64,000 bases of DNA from a virus. Lineage: Duplodnaviria; Caudoviricetes. The position numbers and the translations under genes are program-made. Below, piece by piece: positions 43,317-53,774 of this stretch (position 1 is the stretch's first letter; each line of letters opens with the position of its first letter). Below the pieces are notes generated by a model that worked only from the letters and a program-made list of their open reading frames with translations, was not told the DNA's origin and made no database searches. Where the stretch lies: IMG/VR virus record IMGVR_UViG_3300028888_000002. The stretch is one strand, 5' to 3'.

Positions 43317-44203
43317 GGTTCCGTCCCCATAGAGGCTTCTAGTTCCTGGTCTTTCAAACGCTTGTATTTAGCAAGTGTCCGTAAATTAAAAATACAGCCC
43401 TCTTCGTCTTTTCGCAATCTATCGTCGTCGGGGAAATCATTAAAGACTTCGCAGTATTCGTCTGCGTCTTCTAGCCCCACTTCGTAGCGGTGATACGGAC
43501 ACTTGCTGCACTTCATACGCTACACCTTACGCAAGCATTCAGCGTCAAAGTAGCCACGGTAGCCCTGCAAGAACACAACTTCGTCCCCGCTGCAAGCCTG
43601 GAACGAATCACCACGGCAGGACCACACCTTGCCCTTGTTGTTTTCCGCTTCCAGGCAGTCAACCATTTCTACCTGGTCGCCATCGTGAAACTTCGGGGTA
43701 AATTCTTTTTCGGTTTTCTTTGCCATTTTTGTTTTTCCTTGTTGTTGGTTTAATACGTTCCCGAAATGCTAGTGATTTCTTGCATCGGGAAATCGTGTTG
43801 CTTCAAATAGTCACGGCAGCATTCGCACAGTCTAACCGTGCGAAGTTCCTGGCGGTCCTGGATTTGGACTCGCTTGTGGTTGTCACCTGTCCCACGTTTC
43901 CCGCACTTAAAGCATTCGTAAATAGGTTCGCCATTGGGTGCAGTTGCTACTACCATATTGATATTCCTTGTTAAGCCTTTATATGAATTTTGTCGCTTCC
44001 GAATTGACGTGTGATACGGACGGGACGTAGTTCTTTTACCCAATATACGCATCCGCAATTACGGCACCAATATGCCCTGCTGCCGTCATATCCGCAGCCA
44101 ACTACCTTACGCTCGCAGGAACTAGGGCAATCACAGGGGTGCGTCAATTCTGTAATCTTGTCCCAATCGGGGGCTTTACGCCAATCTTCGTCGCTTACCA
44201 TAA

Positions 44204-44470
44204 TTACACTCCAAATTTACCGCCAAAGAATGCCTTGAACGCTTCAAAATTTTTAGGGATTTCCCATTCCTTGTGCGGACGCTTCACCCTGTCTTCGGGC
44301 TGAATTTCACGACCGCATACAGGGCAGAAGTTAATCGGCATTTCAAGCGTTTCGTCCTCAAAGTAAACCCGCAGATTACCGTATTGGATATTAGCCCCGT
44401 GGCGAAGCAGTTTCTTGCCTACCAGGGTTATGGGGTTATACTTGCAATACATACAGGGTTCTTTATTCAC
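44204..44470 (-). CDS. Zn-ribbon protein (CMYC...FCPVCG)
   Basis: Family motif. Confidence 0.75.
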   Translation of the reverse strand: MNKEPCMYCKYNPITLVGKKLLRHGANIQYGNLRVYFEDETLEMPINFCPVCGREIQPEDRVKRPHKEWEIPKNFEAFKAFFGGKFGV

Positions 44471-45659
44471 GGGGGCACCTCATTTAAGGTTCTTGAACGG
44501 GACCCATTGAACGTCAATACGGCTCCGCTCAAAGATTTGGTCCGTTAGATACACCAGGCACGGGTAAGCCGTAGGATAGCCGAAAGCCATATCCCTGCAA
44601 GCCTTCTTCGTGTAGCCGTGTCCTACGGCATACAGGCTTTTGTCAAACCCGCTTTGCGTTTGGCAGTAGAACAGGTTCCCGAAGATACGAAAACAGTTGG
44701 GCTTCATTTTGTCGCCCGTGGGCTGTGCCCGCAGGAACGTTTGGCAGGACTGTGCCAGGGCTATGAGCATAAGGCTACGGGACACGTCCTCGTTGCGGAA
44801 CTTGAAAGCGGACTGCATAAGGTCTAATCCCTGGTTGAACAGTCCGACCTTGCCGATGCCCTTGAACTTCTTACGGTCCAGGTAAATAATGTCACTTTTT
44901 GGAATTTCTTGCATTTTGGCGGTCCTCGTATTTCTTGTAAGCCTTTTCAATTCGGCTAACAGCGTCTTCCAGGGGGATATTGCCCTTGACGCTATCACGA
45001 CTAGCTTCTTCGGGAGTAAGGAAATCGTCCCCCATAAATTCGTAAAAACCTAGCTTATGCCCGTAGGAACCGTGGTGACAGATTACGTCCCCGTCGGACC
45101 ACGGGAACGTAACAGCGTCACCGTGGTTATAAATCTTGCCTAACTTAAACGGGATATTCTTTTCTTTCAACTTGTCCGTGAGCCGTGCGATATACGGGGC
45201 ACCGTTGAAGTTCTCAACGTTGCCTACTATCGTCATAGCCATAAGGGATTCAAGCATATCCACGTCGGCTGCGGTCATTTGTTCTTTTGCCATAAATACT
45301 CCATTATCTGCGGAAATCGTAGTTCAAGGGCTTATTCAACGACCACATATTCAGCACGGGGTCATACGGGAACGCCACGCCAGGATTTGCCCTGCGGAGG
45401 CTCTTGATACGTGCTGTGACCTGCACCTTATGAATGCAGTCAAAGAACACGAACTTGTAATCGCCATACGGTAAGGTCCAATGCTTCGTGGAACCGCCAC
45501 GCTTCTTCATACGCAAGTAGCTGTCGGCTGCTTCAAAGCCCAGGTCCTTGTAGAACTGCGGAACGGTATCGTAACCTTTGGCGGTGAGCCATTTGGGAAT
45601 ACGGGCGGTTTTTGGCATTGAGCTATCCTCGGTTAAAGTGGTTGTTTCTTTACACCCTA

Positions 45660-45696
45660 AATATAACAATTTACCTAGTCCCTGTCAATAGGTAAA
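45660..45696 (-). promoter_or_regulatory. class-1 promoter with TTTACCTA/TAGGTAAA inverted repeat
   Basis: Read directly. Confidence 0.9.
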
Positions 45697-45714
45697 CTGA
45701 AAAATTTTGAAAAT

Positions 45715-45750
45715 AAAAATGCCCCGCAGGTCGTGAAATCCTGCGGGGCA
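45715..45750 (-). terminator. intrinsic terminator
   Basis: TGCCCCGCAGG/CCTGCGGGGCA stem plus U tract. Confidence 0.85.
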
Positions 45751-45768
45751 CCCAACCACCCCTAGCGG

Positions 45769-46563
45769 TTACTTTTCACCCAAAAGTTCACGGGGAATCC
45801 ACTTGCCCGTTCGGGCACGGTGGATATAGTTTTCAGCTTTCTGCAAGTCAATTTCCACGCTGTCCTTGCGACCCACACGAAGGATATACTTCAAAGCAGT
45901 CGCACACAGGAACTTTTGCGTAAGCGTCAGCTTGCAATCCATTTCCATAAAGTTTTCCAGGATAGCAATAGACTCAATGCCTAGCTTTTCTAGTCCCTTA
46001 TAGTGCGAGGGGTCTGTGGCTTGCTTGACCTGCTCAACGACTTCAATCGGTTCACTCATTTTTTCGTTCCTTTGGTTAATAATGGTTTCACAATTATAGA
46101 ACTTTCCTAGCTCCGTGAATACCAGGGCTTTCAACCGCTGCACGGTTTTATCCGTAAGAATGTCGCCTAGTTCGTTGAGCGTTAGGCGGTGCTTAACGGG
46201 TTCGGTATGTTCCACGTCTGCCGTCCACGACTTGCCCAATTCAACTATCGCACGGTCCGTGTAGCTAAATTCTAGCGTAATCTTATGCGGGTCCTTTTCA
46301 CGGGAACTCTCCGACAACACATTCAAGGTGTCCGTCTTGTAAAGAGTTATCTTGAACGGGTTAATTAGAAGACCGTCATTCTCAAACACGCAGAGCCAAT
46401 CCACGTCAAGGTCCTGCGTATGGGATGAAACTACGTCCTGGATGTATTTTGAATGCTCCAACACGTCCTGCAAATTGAACAGGCGTATGTTTGGATTTTC
46501 CAGGTATGTCTGTATAAACGATTTCTTCATTACTGCGGTTCTCCTGCGTGGCTTGTCTGCCAC
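45769..46563 (-). CDS. protein with C-terminal DUF3310-like domain
   Basis: DPSHY...FLCATALKYILRVGRKD...DLQKAENY. Confidence 0.75.
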   Translation of the reverse strand: MADKPRRRTAVMKKSFIQTYLENPNIRLFNLQDVLEHSKYIQDVVSSHTQDLDVDWLCVFENDGLLINPFKITLYKTDTLNVLSESSREKDPHKITLEFSYTDRAIVELGKSWTADVEHTEPVKHRLTLNELGDILTDKTVQRLKALVFTELGKFYNCETIINQRNEKMSEPIEVVEQVKQATDPSHYKGLEKLGIESIAILENFMEMDCKLTLTQKFLCATALKYILRVGRKDSVEIDLQKAENYIHRARTGKWIPRELLGEK

Positions 46564-46966
46564 GATATATGGATTAGCTCGTCCTTGTGGTGCGTATCGG
46601 GAACGATACGGAACCCACGGCTACGAAGCGAATCCTTGACGGCATTACGGTATTTCTTTGCATCCACATACTTGAAGTAAGTGTTTTCAAAAGCCGAGGT
46701 GTCAACAGTCACTTCACATTTACGGTCTTTCGCAGCATCGTCTATGAGAGCTAGGACCTGGTAAAGCATTTTGTTGGCGTGTTCACGGACTTTCTTGTGC
46801 ATAACTTTCTGTGCGGTCTTCGTCACTAATTGTGCTTCGGCACAGGTGTAATTCTTGATACGGTCCCGTTTCCGCTTATAGTATATAACCCCCAGGACAA
46901 TGCCTACGGCTATAAGCAACAATACGGACGTTACCGCAATCAAGAATACAGGTGACGCACACATAG

Positions 46967-47824
46967 CTAGGTCTTGTCCTTGACAACGTAATCGTCAATG
47001 ATTACGGGGTGAACATACACTGTGGAATTGGAGCTTCCTTCAAACGTGATAACCTGGTAGCCAGGAATAGGGATAGCTACGCAGTCCTTTGAATACGGGT
47101 CAATTTGACACTGAATGCCAGGGCATACGTGCATATTGACATCTACCCCGTCAAGCCTGCTGTTAATGGTCGTAGCGTTCACAGTGGCTAAATGGTGGAA
47201 ATGCCCACAGAAGTATTCAAAGGTGTAGGGTGCTATCAAGTCGCCTACTTCTGCGGGAAGCAGGTTATCCTTCATAAAGCGGTGATACAGGCGGGAATTT
47301 TGAAACGGCTTGTGCGTGAACAGCAGCGTGTCTGCCGTGTTCCACTTGTTTTCCAATACGTGAGCAGCAAGTTTGGTAATGCCCTTGTAAGGGTCCACCG
47401 TTCCCGAATCCAGGACAACAAGCGTCTTGCTGCCAACAGTAGCAAACAAGCACTGACCGCCAACGTCCTTGAAACCGTCGGTCTGCTTTAAGCCCCACTG
47501 CAAACAGGGAAGAACCTTGTCTGCCACTTCTGTAAGGATTGCACGGTTGTCGTGGTTCCCAGGCGTGACAAGCAGCGGGGACTTTTCGTCCTTGCGAAGT
47601 TCAAGTGCGTCCTTGAAGACCTTTTCGTAACGCTCACGCTTTACGTCGTCGGAAACTTTCGGGTCGTCGTCAACAATGTCGCCTGTAATCACGATAGCGT
47701 CGTAGCCCGTAGGCAGTGTCTTTTGGGCACTGCGAACAACTGCGTCCCATTGGTCGGCAGTATTAAATTTGCCGTCATAGTCCGCACCGTAATGAATGTC
47801 GGATAGCTGCAAAATGTTATACAT
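46967..47824 (-). CDS. calcineurin-like metallophosphoesterase (CpdA/Icc-like)
   Basis: SDIH, TGDIVD, PGNHD, THKP, GHFH motifs. Confidence 0.9.
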   Translation of the reverse strand: MYNILQLSDIHYGADYDGKFNTADQWDAVVRSAQKTLPTGYDAIVITGDIVDDDPKVSDDVKRERYEKVFKDALELRKDEKSPLLVTPGNHDNRAILTEVADKVLPCLQWGLKQTDGFKDVGGQCLFATVGSKTLVVLDSGTVDPYKGITKLAAHVLENKWNTADTLLFTHKPFQNSRLYHRFMKDNLLPAEVGDLIAPYTFEYFCGHFHHLATVNATTINSRLDGVDVNMHVCPGIQCQIDPYSKDCVAIPIPGYQVITFEGSSNSTVYVHPVIIDDYVVKDKT

Positions 47825-50095
47825 TTAATCCTCGGTTGTTAAATGGTTATCCACCCATTCGGAGCCTAGCAGAACGGAAATAGCGTAGTAAATGCCTTCT
47901 TCGTAGCCCGCACCAAATGAGCGTTTGTCCAACGTGGGGTCCTTTGCGGACGCTATACGGAACGCACTAGCACCCTCACGGATAGTCTTGTATTTCTTTA
48001 CGGAATCAAGTAAGCCCTTAATGTCTTCGGGATTTACAAGCATTACTTCTTTGCCTTTTTCGGAGCGTTCGCCTTTACGGTCTTGTAGGTCCCGTTGTTC
48101 CAAATGAACTTGTCGCCATAGGTCGTGACGACAGTGAAGTTCTTCAACGTGGACAACGGCTTGTCGTCAATGCCCAAAACGTTCGGTTCCTTGCGAAGCA
48201 GGTCAAAGGCGAAGCCGAACATACGTTCCCCGATTTCAGCGATAGTCTTGTCCTTAACGTCATAGTTAATACTTGCGGGGCACATCTTAAATTCTACACG
48301 GAACCCCGCCATCTTTTTTCCGACTATGAGCGTGTAGGGTATGTCAAGCAACACATAGTCGTCTTTGCGTTCCTTGATTGTGGCGTTGGTATAAAGAGCC
48401 AGGGCGTGAATACAAAGGTTGCCCACTTCTGCGTTGGCGGTCTTCTTTGCACGGGTCTTTTTCGGGGCAGCGGGTTTCGTTGCGGTCTTCGTTTCAATCT
48501 TTTTAGCCATAGGGTGTGTTCCTTAATTTAATGGTTTCTAATTCTTATATAGTCGCTTGGCGACCAGGAATGCTGTCGGACGTTAGCGACCAATGCGTAA
48601 CACCGTCCAGGCGTGTGCCGTCGGGACGTGCCCAGGTCTTGCTGCGTCGGTTGTAAATGCCTTCTTCAACGAAGCCGTCGGCAGTCTTCGTCAATACTTT
48701 AAGCACCTCCTTGCTAGGTGTCCCCCAGGTTACGGGAACCCACTTGATAGTTAGGTGCTGCTGTTTGAAATCGTCGTTATTGTTCATTTATTCTCACTTT
48801 GATAGAAATTCGTGCCAATGGGGGCGACTCGGTAAGTCACAGGTGTTTAGGTGTTTGGGTTAGTGCGACAGTCGCACCTGCCCCCGAAAGGCTAATGGCT
48901 AGTCGTTATAGCGTTTTTGGAATGCCTGCAACTTTTCAGTTACTTCTTTCAGTTTCAACTTTAACGCCTTGTTTTCTTCCTGGTAGCGGGCTGCAAGCGT
49001 CGTCCCGTCAAATTGCGGTTTTGTCTGCAAGTCCCACAGGTTCTTTTCCAGGATGGTAATCTTTTCGGTCATACGCTTAATGCAAGCGTCTTTCAAGTCG
49101 GCAGCGTCCCGCAGCTTCCTAATGGCTTCGTCCTTTGCGTCCAGGACGGCATCGGCTTCGTCCTTTGCATAGACGAGCATTTCAATGTCTGCCTGGTTAT
49201 CGGCAGAGCCATTTTCAAAAGTGCAGTCTTTGGTGACGCACGTCTTTACACGGTAGTATCTTAATTCGGGCATAGTGGGTTCCTTAACGTTTGCGGACAA
49301 GCACCAGGCGAAGCATAGTGTTAGCGTCCAGGGGCTTGTCAATGCAGGGTCTTGAAGTCTTAACGCTGTCGCCAAAAGAGCCACACAGCCCGATAATGCC
49401 GAGGGTCCCGTCGTCTTTCATTCCCCAGGTCCCCAACAGCGATTCGCATAACGGGTTGTCCGCTGTAATGTCTTGAAGCATAAGCGGTCGCCACTGTGCG
49501 TGGAATTTTTTAAGGACACGTTCCGCAGCAGCGATAGTGTAGTATGCGTGACCCGCCTGGACTGCGTAGCCAATTCCAGGCAAATCATCGTCATAAATGG
49601 TTTCCTGGTATTTGGGTCCGTCAATCTTCGGATAAATGTAGGCTTTGACAAGCGTTTGCAGGGAACGGCAGGCATAGTCAATGGCTCCCGTAATCTTCTG
49701 CAACTTGTTCGTATCAATGCCGTCAACTTTCTGTGCTGTATCGGTAATAGTCTTCTTTGACTTCTGTAACGTTTTAGAAATCTGTTTCAATGTGCAAATG
49801 TTTTCCATTAGGGTTCCTCTAATAAGGATATAGGCGGTTAGCGTAAGCAACCGTTCATATCTTTTAGAATTTTCAATCGGGCTTTGGTAAACTTCATATC
49901 CTGGATATGCTTCAAGGCTTCGTCCTTGAACTGTTCCTCAAAGTGAAGCATATCGCTAGTGTTGTCCCGCTTGCCCGCCATACGGATTTCCATTTCGGCT
50001 TCGGTAGCCGAACGAATTACAAACGGCTCCTTTTGGAACTCCCGTGTGTATGCGTTCCAAAATTCTTTCTTTGCGTTGAAAATGAATACCATAGG

Positions 50096-51055
50096 TCAGT
50101 ATGCGAACGTGTGTAACAAGTATTTTGAAAGGTCTGCGTTTTCGTCCAGGGACGCAGACGTGTGAAGCACTCCCTTTCTGCACAGGACCTTGTAGGTGTT
50201 GTAGGAAATGCTGTGGTGTTCTTCAAACGTCCTACACATCTTGTCCCAACGGCTTTCGTTCCTGGGGACCTTGTTCTTACGCAGGGACGGGTTGTTAATC
50301 ACCGTGGGCAGCTTGCCGTCCACGTAGTTTTTGAACATTCCACGCAGACCCCTCCAGGCGTTTTCTACACGGGAGCGGGACCAACCCTTTTCCTTGTAGA
50401 ACTTGTTATAGATATGGGACGCTGTGAGAATGCCACGGGACCGCTGCCGTGCAAGCGACAAGTGCTTCACAGGCTCACGGTCAAGCCTGCCCTCGCAGAA
50501 ATCCTTGAATATCCGCAAGGCATCGCCACGTAGGGCACGGATATACGGGAGCATAGCTTTCGGGTAGTCGTGACCTTCTTCGGTCCCGTCGGAAAGTTTC
50601 TTGCTGTAATCTTCCAGGATATATCCGTAGGTCACGTCGGAAATGTCAATCGGGTCGTCGTCGGGTTGACGCTCCGTAGATTCGGAAATATCCCGCATTG
50701 TTTGAATGGGCGTGAGTGTGTTGTCGTCGGAACACGCAGGATTGATAGCCTTTCTAGCCCACGCCTTATTTCTCTTTGCAGCGGGATTCTTGACCTTTTC
50801 AATCTTAATAAGGCACGGACCCCTTGTAGCCTTTTTCACCAGGGCAGAAACGTCTTGCAGCTTGTTACGCAGCCAGGTTTCAAACGTAGCCTTGCTAGGG
50901 TGGTCGGGGTCGTAGGTCACGCAGGCTTGACAGAAAAGCAACTGTGCTTGCAGCAGCAAGTCATCAGCCAGGTCGGGGCATTGGTAGGCGTATTTGTCAA
51001 CAACGCTAGAAATTACCCCTGCATATTGGTAATACAGTTCTTCGGTAGGTTTCAA
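50096..51055 (-). CDS. sigma70-region-2-like protein (putative phage sigma factor)
   Basis: LYYQYAGVISSVVDKY...DDLLLQAQLLFCQACVTYDP...ATFETWL resembles sigma regions 2.1-2.3. Confidence 0.65.
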   Translation of the reverse strand: MKPTEELYYQYAGVISSVVDKYAYQCPDLADDLLLQAQLLFCQACVTYDPDHPSKATFETWLRNKLQDVSALVKKATRGPCLIKIEKVKNPAAKRNKAWARKAINPACSDDNTLTPIQTMRDISESTERQPDDDPIDISDVTYGYILEDYSKKLSDGTEEGHDYPKAMLPYIRALRGDALRIFKDFCEGRLDREPVKHLSLARQRSRGILTASHIYNKFYKEKGWSRSRVENAWRGLRGMFKNYVDGKLPTVINNPSLRKNKVPRNESRWDKMCRTFEEHHSISYNTYKVLCRKGVLHTSASLDENADLSKYLLHTFAY

Positions 51056-52322
51056 GGGTCGGGGTTCCTCGGTTTAACAGGTTCGGTTTTTAGGTTGTAG
51101 TATAAATCTAACAAATTACCAACATTTTGGCAACAGGTTTATGTCATAAAATTATTTACGTTCGGGGTCGTCGCTACCGAAAGCAGCAGCCTGGTTACGC
51201 AGGATTTCAATGGCTTCGTCGGGAGTTACCTGGCGATAGCTCAACCCGCCCACTTTCACCATTCCACGGAACGGTCGGCTGTCCTGCTTGTAGTCCTGCA
51301 AGGTCCAGGGATTATGCCCTGTCTTCGGGGGTTCCTGCGTGATTTCCTGGAACAGCTCCCACTGCATAGGGTAGGACGTTCTAAACCTAACCTTGTGGTC
51401 CGTAACAAGCGTGTAGTGGATAGTAACCTGGTCCTGCTGCGGTTCAATACGAACGTCCATAATATCTAGCGTATGTTCGGCAAACATACCCCTTGTTTCT
51501 TTTCGGGCTATGTATTCGGCAATCTTGTCTAGGGTCGTGTATTGTGCGAACAGCGTGTCACGCAGGTTATAGATAAATGCTTCGTCGGGGATAGGCATAC
51601 GTGGCTCCTTTTAGATACGGCTGAAACTACCGCTAATAAGCGTGTCCTTGCGGTTGGCGATAACATTGTGAATGTGGTGCCACCTGGCGAGAGCCTTTGT
51701 GTAGGCTTCACGGACGGTCTTGTTATATTCGCTAACGGAATAGATTTCTTCGGAAGTCCGCTGTTCCGTAGAACCGTTGCGGACCCAAGTAATGACGATT
51801 TTGAATGCGGGGGAATTGGACATAGTAACCTCGTTAGATAGCCCAGGTAGGGAGTTGCTTTCCGTTCTTGAACACTTCCACGTTGCGGACGGACCACATA
51901 GATTCGTAAGTCTTGAGTGTGCTGCGGACGCTGCTAATGTGCTTATACTTGAACACTGTGGGTTCTTCGTGGAAGAAGTTCACACGGACTTCGTAGCATT
52001 CTTTCCTGTTGCGGGGCTTGTGTTCCTGGGACATATAGATAGTCAGTCCGTCAACCCCGTTGGCAATCTGTTCGTCGGTGTATTCCCGCCAATCCCATTT
52101 AGTGCAGTTGGTATTTTCAATGATATAGTCAAAGGACTTCTTTGTGAGAACCTTGCGGTTATCCACCTTGAACCCGTTGTTACGCAGGTCACGGATAAAC
52201 TGCTTCTTTGTCGGGTAGTCCCTTTCAATGTGCTGTAAAGCACCCGTATCGTCTTTGACAGAAGCCTTGAAAATCATTGTTATACCTCGGTGGTTGTGGG
52301 TGGTTGTTTTCCTTACACCTTA

Positions 52323-52351
52323 AATATAACAATTTACCAGGTAGCTGTCAA
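52323..52351 (-). promoter_or_regulatory. class-1 promoter
   Basis: aatata-N17-tgtcaa. Confidence 0.85.
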
Positions 52352-52374
52352 TAGGAAAATTAAAATTTTTCAAT

Positions 52375-52408
52375 AAAAAGCGGGCGGGTCGTTGCAATCA
52401 ACCCGCCC
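52375..52408 (-). terminator. intrinsic terminator
   Basis: GGGCGGGT/ACCCGCCC stem followed by GCTTTTT. Confidence 0.85.
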
Positions 52409-52810
52409 TACCACAATCGCCACTCTACTCTTTTCGTTGGGACCTACGTCAGTCATAGGTCGGTCCCGTAGGGAACTTCCCTCGCAAGAGTCCTACAAGT
52501 CGCTTTATTAGCCACGGTTGCGGTTCCCGTGAAGCCCCTGGGTCCGACAGGGCTTTATCGGAGCGTTTTTAGTTAGGATTACGCACAACCCCCCAGGTCC
52601 GTTTAGCCACCTGTTTGGCGATAGCAGCACCCGCTAGAATCGGACTAGCAGCTTTATGGGGGAACAACCTACTACGGGCTTCGGTTTCTATTACCCCATT
52701 CAGCAGCACACACCCCTTGCAAGGGATATGCCATTTATGGTGGAAGCACCAACTTCTCGGCAGGCATAACGTTTGCAACCGCTACGCAAGCCTATCCACC
52801 CAAGTGCTGT
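52375..52810 (-). ncRNA. putative ~430-nt structured non-coding RNA
   Basis: No credible ORF, many hairpins, tRNA-like T-arm, bounded by a class-2 promoter motif and a terminator. Confidence 0.6.
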
Positions 52811-52833
52811 AATTCTAATATAGCAAGATAGCG

Positions 52834-53517
52834 TCAAACTCCGATATTCCCGAACAGGTAGAACGGTCCTGTAAGTTGTCGGAGGCGTTGGTTCGCCACG
52901 TCGTAGTATTCCTTGCACAGTTCGGTCCCGATAAACTTTCGGGCTTCCAACACGGCTGCTTCTGCCGTGGTCCCGCTTCCAATGCAGGGGTCAAACACTA
53001 TATCCCCGTGGTTGGAACTAGCCCGTATGAGCCGTCTAAACAGGTCCAGGGGCTTTTCCGTCGGGTGTCGCTTGCTAGACCCGCAGGGGTGTCGCCATAC
53101 GGGGGATTGGCAGAACTCATTGAACGTTGCGTTGGACTTACGCATAAACACGCAGCATTCCACGGACGATAGCCAAAGGTGCTGCCCGTTCATAGGCGAT
53201 GGGTTCGTCTTTTCCCAAATACAGAGCCTTGTAGAAAGCCCCTTGTCAACTCCCGCCTTACGCAGCATAGACACCTGTTCTGTTCCACAGAAAATATAAA
53301 TGCTCCCCTTACAGATACGGATTACCTCGTCCATAAACTTGTCAAGCGGGAACGTTAGAACGTCGGCAGCTTCCTTGTTAATGTGACGCAGCCCGCCTTC
53401 TTCACGGTCGGAACATTCGTCGTAGGGAATATCCGTCAAGACCATATCCACGCAGTTGTCTTCTAGCCTTGCCATATATTCCAGGCAATCCATATTATAG
53501 AGTTTGTTCAATTCCAC
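52834..53517 (-). CDS. DNA methyltransferase (N4-C/N6-A, beta class)
   Basis: TDIPY, HPTEKP, DPCIGSGTT. Confidence 0.92.
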   Translation of the reverse strand: MELNKLYNMDCLEYMARLEDNCVDMVLTDIPYDECSDREEGGLRHINKEAADVLTFPLDKFMDEVIRICKGSIYIFCGTEQVSMLRKAGVDKGLSTRLCIWEKTNPSPMNGQHLWLSSVECCVFMRKSNATFNEFCQSPVWRHPCGSSKRHPTEKPLDLFRRLIRASSNHGDIVFDPCIGSGTTAEAAVLEARKFIGTELCKEYYDVANQRLRQLTGPFYLFGNIGV

Positions 53518-53774
53518 TTTTATACTTTTCCTTTTCGCTCAAAGTTTCAAGCATAGTAATCGGCAGGGTAGCTAACGCTGCAAGTGCCCAGGACACTTCT
53601 TCTTTCGTGATTTCGCCCGACTCAACCATTTTACGTGCTGCGTCCATAGGGGTGCGTGTTTTCACAACAGCGTTCAACTTTTTCCAAAATTGCAGAATAT
53701 CCATAAATCCTTAAAATAAAAAGTAGCGGGGCAACACGCCCCACTACTACAAATATAGACAGATAACGACCTTT

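Noticed and set aside
12646-44470. Diversity-generating retroelement explaining the paralog families
   Set aside because: No reverse transcriptase and no near-identical TR/VR pair differing at adenines was seen.
6201-52351. Repeated AATATAACAAATTACC...TGTCAA motif as a CRISPR array or IS ends
   Set aside because: Copies are kilobases apart, precede genes and fit -35/-10 spacing; no cas or transposase genes are seen.
52375-52810. RNase P RNA or standard tmRNA identity for the large structured region
   Set aside because: I could not find the GAGGAAAGTCC/P4 consensus, a G3.U70 acceptor or a tag reading frame; left as an unknown ncRNA.
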